A stretch of 64,000 bases of DNA from Lingula anatina. Its lineage: Eukaryota > Animalia > Brachiopoda. The notes below the pieces were generated by a model that had not been told where the DNA came from, ran no database searches, and saw only the letters and a program-made list of their open reading frames with translations. This document shows, in pieces, positions 1-14,048 of this stretch. The position numbers were made by a program, and so were the translations under genes. The stretch covers positions 27,720,401-27,784,400 of the forward strand of contig CM120641.1 in the NCBI GenBank assembly GCA_051362555.1, in the 5' to 3' direction. Numbering within the stretch: the stretch's first letter is position 1; every line of letters begins with the position of its first letter.

Positions 1-179
1 ACTATTCTTTATGATTTGTTTAGTATATTTGTAATTTCCCCTTTGCTGTAGTGAAAATTATTTAATTTTTAAGCAATATTTTACTGTGCAGTAGTACTGG
101 ATTTTTAATAATACCATAGTCTGTTGAATAATTTTATTTAGATTGTTTTATCTTTGATCTTTTTTTTTTTTTTTTTTAG

Positions 180-419
180 GAACACCGGGACCTTGAAGCT
201 CGCATTGCACAAATTATCAAAAATACTGAAGATGGTGGAGATGCAGCAGCTACCAGCACTGCTCCTAAGTATGAAGCACCAGCACCAGTGGCACCACAAC
301 CCGCGCCAGTAGTCCCCAAAGCAGTGGCGCCACCACCCATTAAACAAACAGTGGCAACAGAAAGTGAAGATGACCCTCCCATAGATGATGACGAACTATA
401 TCAAATGCTCGGAATATGA
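180..419 (+). CDS. Terminal coding exon of an unidentified gene (5' part outside window); Pro/Ala-rich linker and acidic C-terminus ...DDPPIDDDELYQMLGI*
   Basis: Poly-T tract plus AG acceptor at 178-179; 80-codon open frame EHRDLEARIAQIIK...YQMLGI-TGA, GC-richer than flanks; AATAAA near 1223. Family not recognised. Confidence 0.75.
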   Translation, partial: EHRDLEARIAQIIKNTEDGGDAAATSTAPKYEAPAPVAPQPAPVVPKAVAPPPIKQTVATESEDDPPIDDDELYQMLGI

Positions 420-2562
420 CATGTGTATATTTAAATTGAATTTCATTGAGATTAATGGCACATATTTAATACATAAAATTCTTAAGACATAAGGCTGTGT
501 ACATATTAGTACTAGCTGAAAGTTGTTTTTGTCCAACAGACAGTCGATGATAGAAAATCTGAAAGACAAAGCTTCTAAACGCTGAACAGTAATGATGCGC
601 AGAATTGCCATGTATGTCATTTGATGCCTTTATTACCTGTCTGTATTGGGGGTTAATGTAAAATGTAGTCTTAGATTTAGTTTCGTGATTGTTTCCTGTC
701 TGGCTAGTTTGCCACTAATGATACTTGTGTTCATTCTTCAATTGGTCTCATCTTGAATCTTTACCCTGATTATCATTAAATATATCACTGCTTACAAGCT
801 TGACTGTAATAGTTAGACAAATCTTAAATGCTGGTGCGTAAGGGACGGACTTGGCGCTCAATATCGATTTTTTGATGAAAATTTTAATTCAAATCAACCA
901 GGAGGGTCTTTATTTTCTCGCATGCTTATTATTGTATTCAGTTCAGTAGGAAACTTCAAGGAGCCTTGGAATAAAAATAATTGTACATACTTGCTTCTAA
1001 TTTGTGAAGTGCACAATATGAAACCAATTATACTGTGTAGAATTCGATTAAAAAGAGAATTTTAGTTTTGTATAAATCAGTTAACTAGATCGATACAAAT
1101 CAAATAAGTTTGTATGCAAATGACAGTTAAGTAGCACTTCTCAAAATGTATACTGTGTAAGCATGTAAATTGTTAGCATGGTATAGATAAAACAGTTGTA
1201 TTAATCAATTGGCATTTTCAATAATAAATGCCCATGAGAAATTCTCTGAATCCAGCTGTTTTGGTCAATTCAGATTGTTGAAAGCTCTCTCTAATGCTAT
1301 AGAAAACTGCGTATTTTCATGACTTCAACAAATGGAAAAAAACTAGGAATAATACAAAATGTAAGACAATACCAGACGATACTTTATTTACACGGTATTA
1401 CATTTTACATTAATAATGCATCCCAAGGTTACCTGGGAGATTTTAGAAAGCAGTGAGGAAAATACAACCTTGCCATATGTATGATGCTGGAAACAAACTT
1501 GATACTATACTTTGTGTGCATAGTATCCAAAACAATCCAAATGCATATTGAAAAGCATATAATTGCATAACACAATATATAATTTCAATTACTTTTTCTC
1601 CATTTAGAGTATTTTTGATTTTATCCGAATACATTTAGATATGATAAACAACTATGCCAAGACAAAGTTTTAAATGAATTTTCATGTTCTATTTTTATAA
1701 GTAAAAAAAAAAATAATAATTGTGACACTGTGCAAATGAACAACTTGCAGTTGAATAGTAAATTAAACATTACCACTATATTTAACGTCCATTTACCAAC
1801 AAATCCTAGTTTGAAGAATCCATATCGCAGGAAATCGCACAAACAAGAACCTAGAAATTTATATTCTGCCCAATAGCTGGAACCATGCATCGGCTAACAA
1901 GTTACCTGGTTTTCTGCTCATTCTTTGTAAACAAACAAATAAACAAAAGCCATACACATTATATCTTATATAAAAATGAACTTCATTTCAATTTATTACA
2001 TCCATGTATCTTGTGCATAACACAAGAATATATATATATATATATTTTTTTTGCAACTGAATATCTAATATGCTTACACAACCCTAGATTTCAATTTAGA
2101 AATCAATTAGTAAATTAAATGAAAGTTGCAACTATCTCTGTAGAAAAAAGTAAAAGAACTGAATACTACATCTGGGGTTGCTCTAGCACATTATTTTGAG
2201 CATGCATTTTAAAAGCTTTCATGGCCCAGAGTAGATTTTCAAAAGAATTTGGAAAAAATCCTACACTAGTGTGAGCCTAACACTGTTACTATTACGCCTT
2301 ATCATTTAGAATATTCAATGTTTCTAATGACAGACAATACCAGAGTTGTTAGCAATGACAAATAAGTGTCATGAGCTTATAGTTCAATATGACTCCTTCA
2401 GTCATACCCTATGACAAAATCTATCCATATCACTCAACATAAACTAATGTCTGTACAGCAACAAAGAACCATTGTTTCATTAGAGATCTTGCATTTTGCA
2501 AACAATAAGGTTAATTTCTGTACAAAAATAAGAACAAGAACATCTACAATGTATCACATTCC

Positions 2563-4372
2563 CTACGTATGAACAGACACAGATTTCTTGTCAGAGAAAA
2601 AGCTACGTAAAACTAATACTTGTCCAATTCCAATTATTAAAATCACAACAGTCTGTCCTATAGACCAGTATTGTACTCTTTCGTTCAGTCCCTCGGCAAA
2701 CGACCTTCCCTGACCCTCTCTGAGTCTGTGGTGAGTCTGGTAATCTATTACAACTTTCATAGCTTCATGGATAGTTACTGCTGAAGATTCCAGCTGAAAT
2801 GACCAGAATTGCATAATAATAATAATATTATTAATAATAATGACAGTTCGTTTCACAGTTCATTTTCCGCAAATCAAACTTGATAATCATTCATGCAAAT
2901 ATGAAGTGAGTGGAAAGAGTCAACAGTCACCTCTGTGAATGAAGGCAGAAACACATTTAGGATATAAAATAATCAAATGATGTATTTAATAAAACCAAAC
3001 ATTATCAATCATTCCTACTTCACATAAGATCTGCCAAAGTATGGCCAGCAGTATCATACAAGTTACAGAAAATCTGTGTCATACCTGCATTTAATGACAC
3101 ACTTCTGTCAGCTAATATTAAATATGAATTGCTCTCTACCCGTACCTGTGTTAAAGCTTTAGCATGTGCCCCCATATCTGGTAAGAGAGGTTTCTCTTCT
3201 CCAACTTGGAAGTCAAAGTAAACTGTCTTATGGCTGTATGTTGAAAATTCATTGCTAAAACAGAAGGTGTATTCTCCTCTCATGTCTGTCGTCCAGGTGA
3301 AGCTATCGTACTGTTTCTTCACATCTTTATATAGAATCTGTCCTGAGGGACTCTTCAGTTCTAGATCAACATCATAGTTTCCACCTGTTATTACCTGATG
3401 AAAAATAGAAGAGTTCTGTAATTATAATATGCATTATATTTCTGCCTTTAAGATGTTCAAATGCTGGGATATACATGATGCATTTTTTGGCAGAGAACAG
3501 GTTCTCTTCATACATTACTAGTAACTGTAATATTTGTTTGTATAGCATTCCAAAATAATCAATTATCATATATGATATGTATAAATTACAGCAAATTACA
3601 AAAGCATTTTACAAAATCTGTGCCTTTCTAAAGAAAATGATGGTTTGAACTATTTATCATTATATTGTTACATAACACAATTCAATAAGCTAACGTAAAA
3701 TATTGCAAGAACACTGAATGTTAAATTAACATTTAACTTGCAGAAAAGTGTGTGTATTTGTTAAAGCTGGACACCATGGGAATAAGCAAATTATGTTTTA
3801 CTATTCACTATTTGAATAAGCAAACAACATTTTACTATTCACCATAAGTTACCAAGCAATATGGAAGTGAACTCAACAGACAATTCACAATTTTAAATTT
3901 AATGAGGCCATATGCAACACATTTTTGCATCCTAGACAGTTTCACACGACTTCAACTAACATGCACTACACTCAAAATAGTTATGGACAGTGGAAAAAAA
4001 CAAATTCGATAACATAAACAAAATATCATTATTTCTTTATGGTTGATTGGGGTCGCCGGCAAGAAAACCCAAGTGACACATGTACACGTGTACCTTTTAC
4101 TTTGAGCTAGGTCAATAATGCTTATTTCAGTGGTACAACGGGAAATGTGGTGTGTAAATACATTATGATCTAAGCATGGGCGCTCTTATATACCCCACAG
4201 AAGGATTCACAGTGGTACCTACTTGAAACTCTATGGTGCATTTGACATCCTTGTCGATAACTTCGTGAAAGCAATCTCTAGCGTTGTCTGGTAGTTCAAA
4301 TGTCAGCTCGACTCCAAGGGCGAAATTACAATATAGTCCTAATATAACGAGTATTTCTAATAGGTAAGACAT
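2563..4372 (-). CDS. TMED7: p24/emp24 family gamma-subfamily cargo receptor (TMED7/TMED3-like), 3 exons, 209 aa
   Basis: Exons 4372-4223, 3394-3146, 2793-2563, all GT-AG and phase 0. Signal peptide, GOLD domain ([14 protein letters not shown]...[10 protein letters not shown]...[24 protein letters not shown]), [14 protein letters not shown] coiled coil, TM helix and FF-containing tail (RSFFSDKK). Confidence 0.93.
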
Positions 4373-5255
4373 CGCTAGTATTTTATCTTCATTGACACAA
4401 CAATCCGGCCTGTGCAAGTTTTACTACGTGGATGAATACGGCATACAGTTATCAAATAATTTGTACAAGACCATATCAACGTGGCAGATGCCCGGATGAA
4501 ATATTTGCAGCACCGGCTGTCGTAAAGAAGAATATATTTGCGTAGATATACGCTCACTCTATTTTCTCATTATTTTATAATGTACTTTACAAATCAGCAA
4601 TAAACGTGTTTTTTTTTACATAATTTAGTAACGACAATTTAATTCTGACGAAACAAAATAAAGTCGTGCATTATGAAGTACCGCTTAACGTTAAAATGAC
4701 CTTGCTCACGTTTCTCCATAAAAGAGCCTCGTTTTCATATTTTTCAAATTACTTATGATGCATTAGTTATTTTTCATTGTGAGTTCAAGAACGCAAAGCA
4801 CTGACGATTATTATGAAAGTTGCACCAGATCTAATATGTTGCATGTCTTAGCCATTTAATTGTAATGGACATAGTTTAAAAGTGATAATTATTTTGCTGC
4901 GAGGCATTTCAAGTCGTTTATGCAACGGGATTTTCCGTGACATCTAAGTTTAAAGAGATCTTTGGACATTCCTCAGACAGTGGTCTAAAATCCTTATCGT
5001 CGTCAGCCACGAACGCGTCACCCGCAAGCCATGCGTCCTTCAGTGACGCGAAATATTCCAAAGTCGTACGGTTGTGATTAACATCAGGGATTGCAGGAAA
5101 GGTCACATGACTTCGGATATACAAAACTTTCTGTGGCAAACATAATATTGCAAACTGGCAATTTGTTTCGATTCTCCCCCGTCTCGCTCATTCATTTATA
5201 TCTAACCGGTTTGTTTTTGGATCCTTTATTGAGAAGTTGAATATCATGTTTTGGG
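4373..5255. promoter_or_regulatory. Divergent (head-to-head) promoter region of TMED7 and SLC25A38
   Basis: Start codons about 0.9 kb apart and pointing away from each other; locally CpG-enriched; ACGTGG motifs at 4426 and 4479; GTCACATGAC E-box at 5102. Confidence 0.6.
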
Positions 5256-8200
5256 ATGGTCAGCGACCATAAAATACCCTCACATGCTAGTGTCAGGGTC
5301 ATGATAGATTCGGTGAGTCTACCCTGTTGGCATATGTGCCTTAATGTAATGACAACAGACAACAATGGAGGGGAGGAGCATGTACATGTACATATAATTT
5401 GGCAATTAACTTTAGTGCACAGTACTTGTAACATACCTTTCTAAGATATAGTACTGTCAGCAAACTCGGCATTCACATACATTTCTGAACAAATATACGT
5501 AATTTATGCCATATCTATTGAGATCCGAAATAAATTAGGCCAGCTATATTTATGCATCTCTGCTCAAAGACAGCTGGTAGGAGTAGTTCAATAATTATAC
5601 ACATGTAGGTGTCTTGATATATATACTAAGGCTTTTTACAAAAGAATGTTCTTCAATTTCAAAATATTTATAGTATGCACTTTGGAAATTTATCATCAAC
5701 TTTGAAATTGTCTTGTATTTCAGAGTCCTGTGCTTAAGAGTTTCCTGGCCGGATCTTTCAGTGGAACATGCTCAGTGTTGTTGTTCCAACCTCTGGATTT
5801 AATCAAGACTCGGTTACAGTCTTCAGTAGTGAAAGGGCAAGTGATATTTGGAAAGCATATCTGCATAGGGGCATGAATATTTCCCCCCCCCCCCCTTTTT
5901 TTTTTTTTTGTTTAAGTGATATTAGTTTCACAAGATAGCATTAACATTATGTTAGTGTTACATTGTATTATGTTCCATGAGAAATGTAGGGCCAAAGGGT
6001 CTGCAATATGAGAGCCAATGAAATAATATTTATCTTTCAAATTTTTATAGACATTTAAGGATGATAATAGGATTAATTTCTCGTTTTTCTTTTTCAGACA
6101 GCACCCTGTGGCTATATGGACAATTGTTTCATCCGTCTTCCATCAAGACAATATCAGGGGTTTCTGGAGAGGGCTAACACCAGTATGGATACATCAATTA
6201 AATATGTTGATACTTTAATTTAATAATGTTTAAAATTTTTTGTAATTTTTTTCATATTATTTTATTCATATTTGATTAACTTACTTTTATATTATATTCT
6301 TTATATTATAACTATTATTTCTATAAATTATTATTTTAAGATATACACTTTAGAAGTGAAAACATAAATTAAAGTTAAATGTAACATTTGGTTGTTAGTT
6401 TGCCCTAAATGACAGGTGGCATGAAATTTTCTGTATGTTTGTATTTCATTTCCAACATTTTATCATTTTAGTCCATCCTACGCTGTGTACCAGGGGTTGG
6501 AGTTTATTTTTCCTCTCTTCATTGGCTTAGGACAAACTTTGGGTTTGTACACATTTTATATAATTATTTTATTTTATTTTATTGAAGTGCACATAATCAA
6601 AATGTTTCCCTTGCATTTATTTCTGCGCCTTAGAAGAACACAGTAGTATTTTATTAAACCCTAGATCTAAATGATAGGTTACTGTTTAAATAATGGATAA
6701 ATGGAATATTTGACTGTCTTCCATTTGATAATTACAGTGGTTGAGTTTAGGACACTTTTAACAAATATTTTTTGTACCACCAAAAGTAGGTAAACTGGGC
6801 TCCATAACTCGAACGCAATGCAAATACGCGACCGAGCACAAGTGTCTCTATTCCATAACTCGGCATTTACTTGCCTCATGTAATAGCCTCAAAATGAAAG
6901 GTGATATTGCTTATGCAATTCTCGATGATTTTAAGTTACAGAGCCCTGGTGAACTACACTTCTGGGTCATGCATGAGATACTGTGTATTTCATAAGATAC
7001 TTAACTCATCAACCCACTGATTTTGCTGATTACTTAGATACTAGTACTAGTAATTGATTGCAAATGTAGTTAATTGAAATAGGTCTTTACTTTCCTGAAT
7101 GTAGCCGTTTTGCTTTTGGAAAGAGGTTTTGTAAAAGGAGACCAGTGAATGATATTGATAAATTTCACATACTTAAACTAAGTACTACAGCAGTTTATTC
7201 TACACACTTTCAGGAGCAGCAACCCTTCATCCATTGAACTCCTTTCATTTGGAGTTTTTGCCAGGTGTATTGCAGGTGTCACCTTGTCTCCTTTCACAGT
7301 TATAAAAACAAGATATGAGGTAATGCATAGTGAGGTAGTGCAGATGGTAAATTTGTCATTATTAAACGTGGTGGGATGATTTCTGAATGAAGAGCCTAAT
7401 CTTCCCTCTCTGTGTTTCAGAATTTTTCTTAAATAAAACTACATTCCAGGTCGTAACCAACAGTGGTAATGACTGAATGTTTTTAATGGGCAAAGAATTT
7501 AAAATTTTCAGATGCATAATTTTAGAATCATAAAAATAGCATTTGTATAGCATTTGTTGTGCTTTTACTGCATAGAATAGAAATGTAAGGTTGCCTGCTT
7601 TTGAATTTCATTGCTACCTCTCAATAGGAATGTTCTTATTTTAAGAAACTATGACTTAAAAATACAGTATCTGTAAAGTTCAATTTTCCCCCACTGGAAA
7701 GATAGAGTTATTACTATATATACTACATATTTACAACATATACATATGTTATCTATTAACTGATGGCGTGTGAAAGTATTTGCTGGGTAGAGAAGAATCG
7801 CCATCTGTGCTCTGAAACTTCTGGTCACATGCTTGAGTTCAATCGCTCACATTGCGTATGGTTTAATCCCAAATAAGCACTGAATCAGATGTATTTTAGA
7901 TCTTGTATCTTAAACTGGTGTGGTACTGTGCCTTCTTTGTAACAAATATATTTTGGAAATAAATTGATACTGCTCCCCCTTGTTTGCATCATATAAGCAT
8001 CAATCCATAACAATAGCTACAGGTATGTAGAATTGTAATGAACAAAATGAATTTCTGTTGTAAGGATAGGGTATTTTATGCTTTCTGATGAAAAGAGGGA
8101 TATTAAATTTTCAGCTTATTTCATTAGCCAGCAAATTTTTTTTTTTCCCTTAAAGGAATCTCTGCTGGTAAAATAATGGTGCATGTGTTCTTATACTATC

Positions 8201-10586
8201 ATTTAATTACAGAGCGATGTATACAAGTATAACAGTATAACCTCTGCTGCACGTGCAATATATCAAGGTGAAGGGATAAGAGGTAGGGGAGAAATGGATA
8301 TCAGTATTAAAGAAGAAAAGAGTAATGTTATTGTATTAGTTATTTAATCTTACAATATTGTTTATCTTAGTTCTTGATCTGCTATGTCCCACCCCTAATA
8401 TCTAGTTCCTTGTTAAGAAATTGCATGTTATTTATTTATTACATCAAATTAAAAACTTGACTTTTTGGTATAGACAACAGTTTCCTGTCCAAATTTAGAT
8501 GGCCGGTATTTGTTAAAAGGGATTTGAAAAAGTTGATTTGTCATTGTATTTAATGATTGTACTCCAAACAAGGCTGTTCCTAGAGCCATCCAGTCGGCAT
8601 TTAGATGGCCATTAGTGTCAAAAGATGGCCTATATTTCCAAAGATGGCTGAACAGTTTACAAAATTTTGGGGTTGGGTTGTTTGGCTTGCTTGGATTGGA
8701 CCCCCTGTAAATCAACAACCAAATTACAGATTCACATTTTTGACTCCCTGAACCCCAAATCTTCAGGGAAACCCCTGACTCCAAATATTTAACCACTGCC
8801 TAAAGAGCAAAATGAGACATATATTTATTTTCTTTTTTAAAAATACTTTTTCAGGTCTATACTGTGGCTTAAGTGCAACCTTACTCCGTGATGCTCCTTT
8901 CTCAGGACTTTACTTATGGTTTTATACCAGGATTAAGGCTCATGTGCCTGAAGGTAAAGCAAATATTTAAAATTGTTTTTGCTTGATATATATATGAACT
9001 TTATGGTTTATGATAACTTTACTTTTTAATGCAATTTATTTGCTTGGTGTCTGTGCATGCTTTGTTAACTGTTTAGTTTTACTTTACAAAAATATTCGTC
9101 ATTTTGAAGAGAGTGTGATATTCACTGCCTGCGCTTTTTCAGAGAGAGAGAGATAATTGGTTTTCAAACATACACCAGGAATAGAAATAGCCTTTGATGT
9201 GTTTTGATAACCAGCATTTCCAACTCTTTGAAATTTAGATCATTATTTTTTTCTTTTTTGGACTGAGGGACATCTCTTTCAAAAGCTTATGCATAACATA
9301 ACACTTACAGTAATCAAAAAAGAAAATATAGAAAGAGTATACCAAATTAATACTAATTTCCTATTATCTAGATGTCTCTCCACATCTGCCTTCCAACCTG
9401 TGTCTAAAAAGAAAGGTAATTGGTATTGAATGGGAGTCTTATGTTCTAGGCTCTGCATTATGACTCAGTTTTATCCATATATATATTTGAAAATCGTGAC
9501 CAATTTTTCCCGAACACATATTTTTTTATGTATTCCTCTTGCTTTGGCTGTGAATTAACTATTGATGTTGATTATCCTTTTACAGGTAGTGTTGAGTAAG
9601 GTTCAATGTTAATTTAAGATTAATTGTATTGTCATTTTAACAAACATTTATACAAAAAGGAAATGAAAACTGAACATCTGCAATGGTTCAAGGTTTTGTC
9701 ATTTTAAATGGTAATTTTTTAAAAGATATACATTTTTATCACTGTTAAAACAAACGGTTGTGTTAGCTATCACTCACTTTATTTTATTTCAACCAGATTT
9801 AACAATTTAACCAGAAGTGTGGATTTATTGTTTTCTTTTACCTTCAGGTGCTGTGCAAGAGAAGTATATGCCTCTGGTGTATTTTGGCAGCGGAATTGTA
9901 GCTGGAAGTATGGCTTCACTGGTGACTCAGCCTTTTGATGTTGTTAAAACACATCTGCAGTTGTATCCAGAAAAATTCAAAGGATACATTGTTATTATAA
10001 AGCACATATACCAGGTAACTACTAATTCTTATGGGTTCTTGTGTGCAAATTTTTCATGGATTTGAAAAACTGTCAGTCAACACAAAAGACTTACAAAAAT
10101 TTGGAGTTTTCATGTGTATTAAACCTGGCTGTAATCAGTGTATCTAATCCTGGATTTACAATAGTCAAAAAAAAAAAAAAATTAACAACTTTTATTATTT
10201 CCCTTTTTCTCTTTTCTACTTCTCAGCACCATGGATTGGTTGGTTTTGTCAGAGGTATTGTCCCACGAACGCTAAGGAGAACTTTAATGGCAGCTATGGC
10301 TTGGACAGTATATGAGCAAGTGGGTGTATTTTGAGACTTATTTTCCCTCACATACCTAGGTCTAAGACATGGTAAAAGAACTTGTCGTGTAGGTTTTAAT
10401 TTTTATTAGTCATTCAAAAAGGATGAAATTAAAGGTGGATTTACTAAATTAATATATTACAAATTCATGAAGTTTACTTTGATAAATTAATCTGTGGGGT
10501 ATTTTGAAAAAGAAGTCTGTTGGTGATTGATTTTCATCTTTCCTTTTGTTTTTCAGGTAATGAAGAAAACTGGCTTGAAGGATTGA
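5256..10586 (+). CDS. SLC25A38: Mitochondrial glycine carrier SLC25A38 (Hem25-like), 10 exons
   Basis: Exons 5256-5312, 5724-5836, 6098-6182, 6472-6542, 7214-7319, 8213-8282, 8855-8953, 9848-10014, 10227-10319, 10557-10586 join in frame. Three carrier motifs ([33 protein letters not shown]) plus SLC25A38 signatures [18 protein letters not shown] and [19 protein letters not shown]. Exon 1 and the intron-2 donor are less certain. Confidence 0.92.
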
Positions 10587-11707
10587 CAAAATGTGCTCAT
10601 TTGTAAAATGAAAACAAAGTTACAGTGCTTTTCTGATCATTTATCAAGAAAATATTTATTGCAATGAGACCTCCAACAAAAAAACGAAATATAAAATGAG
10701 CAAATGGGGTAAAGAGGAAATCGGTTCATTCAGGCTCATTTCCCGTGTCTCATATATCATACATTCAGTATAAAAACTACAAATTTAGTGAAGGTCAGTA
10801 TTGAGAATCGTGCTAGTCCTCCTGAATTGATGTGAAGTTATAAAAATCCCAATTTCTTCGTTATACACCATGAAACTAATATGTTCAGATTTATGCAAAC
10901 AGGTGTATCAAATCCATTTAAGGATATTTTTCTAATACTTATGAATACTAATAATTGATTAAAAAAGAAAGAAAAACAACTTACAAGGTTACACTTCTCA
11001 TTGGATTGTGGATCTTTCATATTTGGTTTTACATGCACATGTCAATTCATACACTGAAGACTTATAACAAACATTTAAGATATAACCTGCTCAAAAAGTG
11101 AGTTTATAATTTTTACTTGACATTTCTTATAAATGTTAAACATTGCTCACGAAAAAGCAGAGAATTGTTGAGAATTAATTTCACATGCATTTAGTTCAAA
11201 TGCAGTGTAACAGTTATCTTTTTGTTATACATTGCATGTTATTTCCACGTTGACAATTTATAAATAAATAAATAAATACCGTATTTTTTTCAATGTGCTG
11301 TTTCGTTTAATGTGGTAACTCCAGCATACAGGAAGTTTTGCAGTTTGTTTATATGGCAATAACCTCAGCCAAAAACTAGCCCAGCTCTGTTTAGTAACAG
11401 CTTTCTGGTCTATTCAGGTGCAACAGCCCCCTCATAGAAGTCTTTTTCATTTGTAGCCATTGGTAAGTGCTTTACATCATCCCGACTCTGTCACAGTGAC
11501 TAAATTGCACGAACTGACAAAGATGTATCCATGGTGTGAACAGCTGTTGGACTTTAGTTAGTTAATTTATGCCATCACCAAATGCAGATGATTTTAAATC
11601 ATACTGAACGTGATACTTTCTTTGGCTTCTCTTCAATTTACTTTCCATTACAGTTTAACACATTGTCTATGGGTATTTGATTTCTTTGTAGACTACACTT
11701 GAGTATT

Positions 11708-14048
11708 TCATCTGTATCCACCTCTCATTATAAGTGGGTCTTGCGCTAGTCCATCATGACTGTGACCAATACGATCTGAAAAAAAAATCACAACCATGTA
11801 GCCCAGAAATCTGGACATGATTTTAAAAGAGAATTTAAGGGGGGCATCTTACTGATAAAAGGTATTTTTCAGGTTATCAGAGAAACAGAACAGGACTCCT
11901 TCCATCAAGTTGACTGTGGGTTGATTTACTACCTAGTTAAAGGCCTTCAATTTCTTCTGCAGTGTGGAAAATTTGCTCAACCACACTGAAAGTATAATGC
12001 TGTGACAGGCATTACATGATGTAATTGGCTTCAAACCTCTCTGATAACAGGAACGAGATATTTTTGCTTTCAGCAGATTTCCAACTTTTTGGGTGTTGTT
12101 GGTGCTTACAACAGTTATGGGATTTGTTAGACTAGCAGTAGATTTCCGACTTTTTAGGAGCCAAAAAGTCTCATCCCTGTGATAAGTGCTGGAAAGGAGA
12201 TGGGTATCATTTAAATTTTCTATGATGGCCATGGCTATAGCCCAGCTGGGGATCCAACAAAACCTCTGGCTCATGTCTGCTGTTGAGCTCTTGCACTAAT
12301 CAAATGATTATGAAATATGCTCTACAAGCCTGTATCAAAATGTGCTTGAAGGACTGGGTTACTATGCCAACACTCCCAATCCTTTCTGGTGGACGGTACA
12401 GTAAATGCTACACAAATTTTAGCTTATGTATTATGTTTAGGCAAAAAAAGGTGAGCAATTTGATATATAATATTTCCTTTTATATAAACAATTACATATA
12501 TAATTTATTAATTCATTCATTTGAAAATAGGCAGTTAAGATATTACCTCTGTCTAGCTGTTCCAGCAGTCCCATCCTTCCCCTACCATGTTGTTCTTGGT
12601 GTGCAGGTTTGTCTACTTGATGTCTACTTCCTGGGGTGAACTGAGCAATGATACTATATAGAAGAGGTCTGAAAAAAGTTAAAAATATGTTAGGAATGTC
12701 GATTTGTTATCTTCACTACTATATAGTTTTGTCCAAGATTTGCATCTTTGTGTACTGGTATGTTTGGTGCATGTTTGAAGTTATTATTATCATTGTGATT
12801 ATTCATGATCACTTTCTCTCCACTGCTTATGAGATGTACAAACTGTTCTCACAATTTCAAAGAGGATGCTGTTTTATCTTCTACAACATTCAATTGCTCA
12901 GCTAGGAACTCTCTGTTCAAAGGTGTTTTTGGCTGCCCGGTTTCTATCAAATGGAAAAAAAATAAAGTCAAAAATGAGGTTGGCACAATTTGTTTTTATT
13001 TATTAACAGGGTAATACATAAAGCAAATGAACTAAACATTTAACAATCAAGCTTTTTCATAAATGTTTCCGTCTTAAAATATTGTTTTAAAACTATTGCA
13101 TTTTTCATTATAACCTTTCATATTTGAACTGCATACAAAGTTACATCAAAATAAATCCAGGGGTTCAATTAAAAAATTGTTTTAAAATGCAATTTCTTTA
13201 ATGTGCAAATTTAAGAAAAGCAAGGACAGACGATGGAAATATTTTAACATACATAAAGGCGAAAGAAACAAGTAGGGTCGCCCAGAATGTGGTATGTTAT
13301 TGATTTAAAATGACAAATTCAAGGGGTGAGGAAGTATGGATGCTCACCTGCAAGCATCACTGATGCAGTGTACTTGTACTTATTATATTCAAGATATTCT
13401 CTTATTAACTCATTGATGATCATGTTTTCATTACTGAGAGGAGGTCTGGGATCTGCCTGGTCATCAAGTGCATTGAATACCTCTGCCCTGACCCTGGCCT
13501 TGATCTGACCAAGTACACCACGCTTTTCCAGTGTTTCCTTGACCACTACAAAAACAAAAAATAATGTATACTGATATGAGTGCTTACTGCCATCGTTTGT
13601 ATTCATTAACATTATAATGATGATATGAAATAAAAACTGGATTTCTGAATGATAATGAAAGAAATGCCCATGAAATATGTCAATATATTATGGTTTTGCC
13701 CTGCCAGTCTGGAAGGTTTAGCTGTACAGACACATAGGCAGCTTGCAAAACTTCTTGGTATTTTAATACGGGTAACTGACATAGATCACTTTGCTTTATA
13801 TAAAAAAGAGTGACAGGGCATTACAATATACATGTACAATATAACTTATTTCCCTTACATTTGGAGAGCTCGGACTGACATATTTCACTACATGGCCAAT
13901 ACCTAAAGAATCTATACTTTTTAGCCAAACCTACCATATCTTTAATATAAAATGACCCGACCCAACTCTACAAAATCGATTAATCGGTGTTAAATATATA
14001 AATAATCCATCATTTCCTACCCGTCTTCAACTCTTGCAAGTTCGCCAT
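11708..14048 (-). CDS. CEP20: Centrosomal protein CEP20 (FOPNL/FOR20), LisH/TOF domain, 5 exons
   Basis: Exons 14048-14021, 13545-13348, 12943-12853, 12668-12547, 11775-11708 are phase-compatible GT-AG. MANLQELKTVVKETLEKRGVLGQIKARVRAEVFNALDD...ENMIINELIREYLEYNKYKYTASV..ETGQP..PLLYS matches the FOR20 family. Last exon less certain. Confidence 0.88.

Noticed and set aside
138-382. Minus-strand Gly/Ala-rich ORFs
   Set aside because: Antisense shadow of the plus-strand terminal exon, which has a proper acceptor and stop.
7860-7880. GGTTTAATCCCAA resembling a nematode SL1 leader
   Set aside because: Only a partial match, with no donor or Sm site downstream; lies in a probable decayed SINE in an intron.
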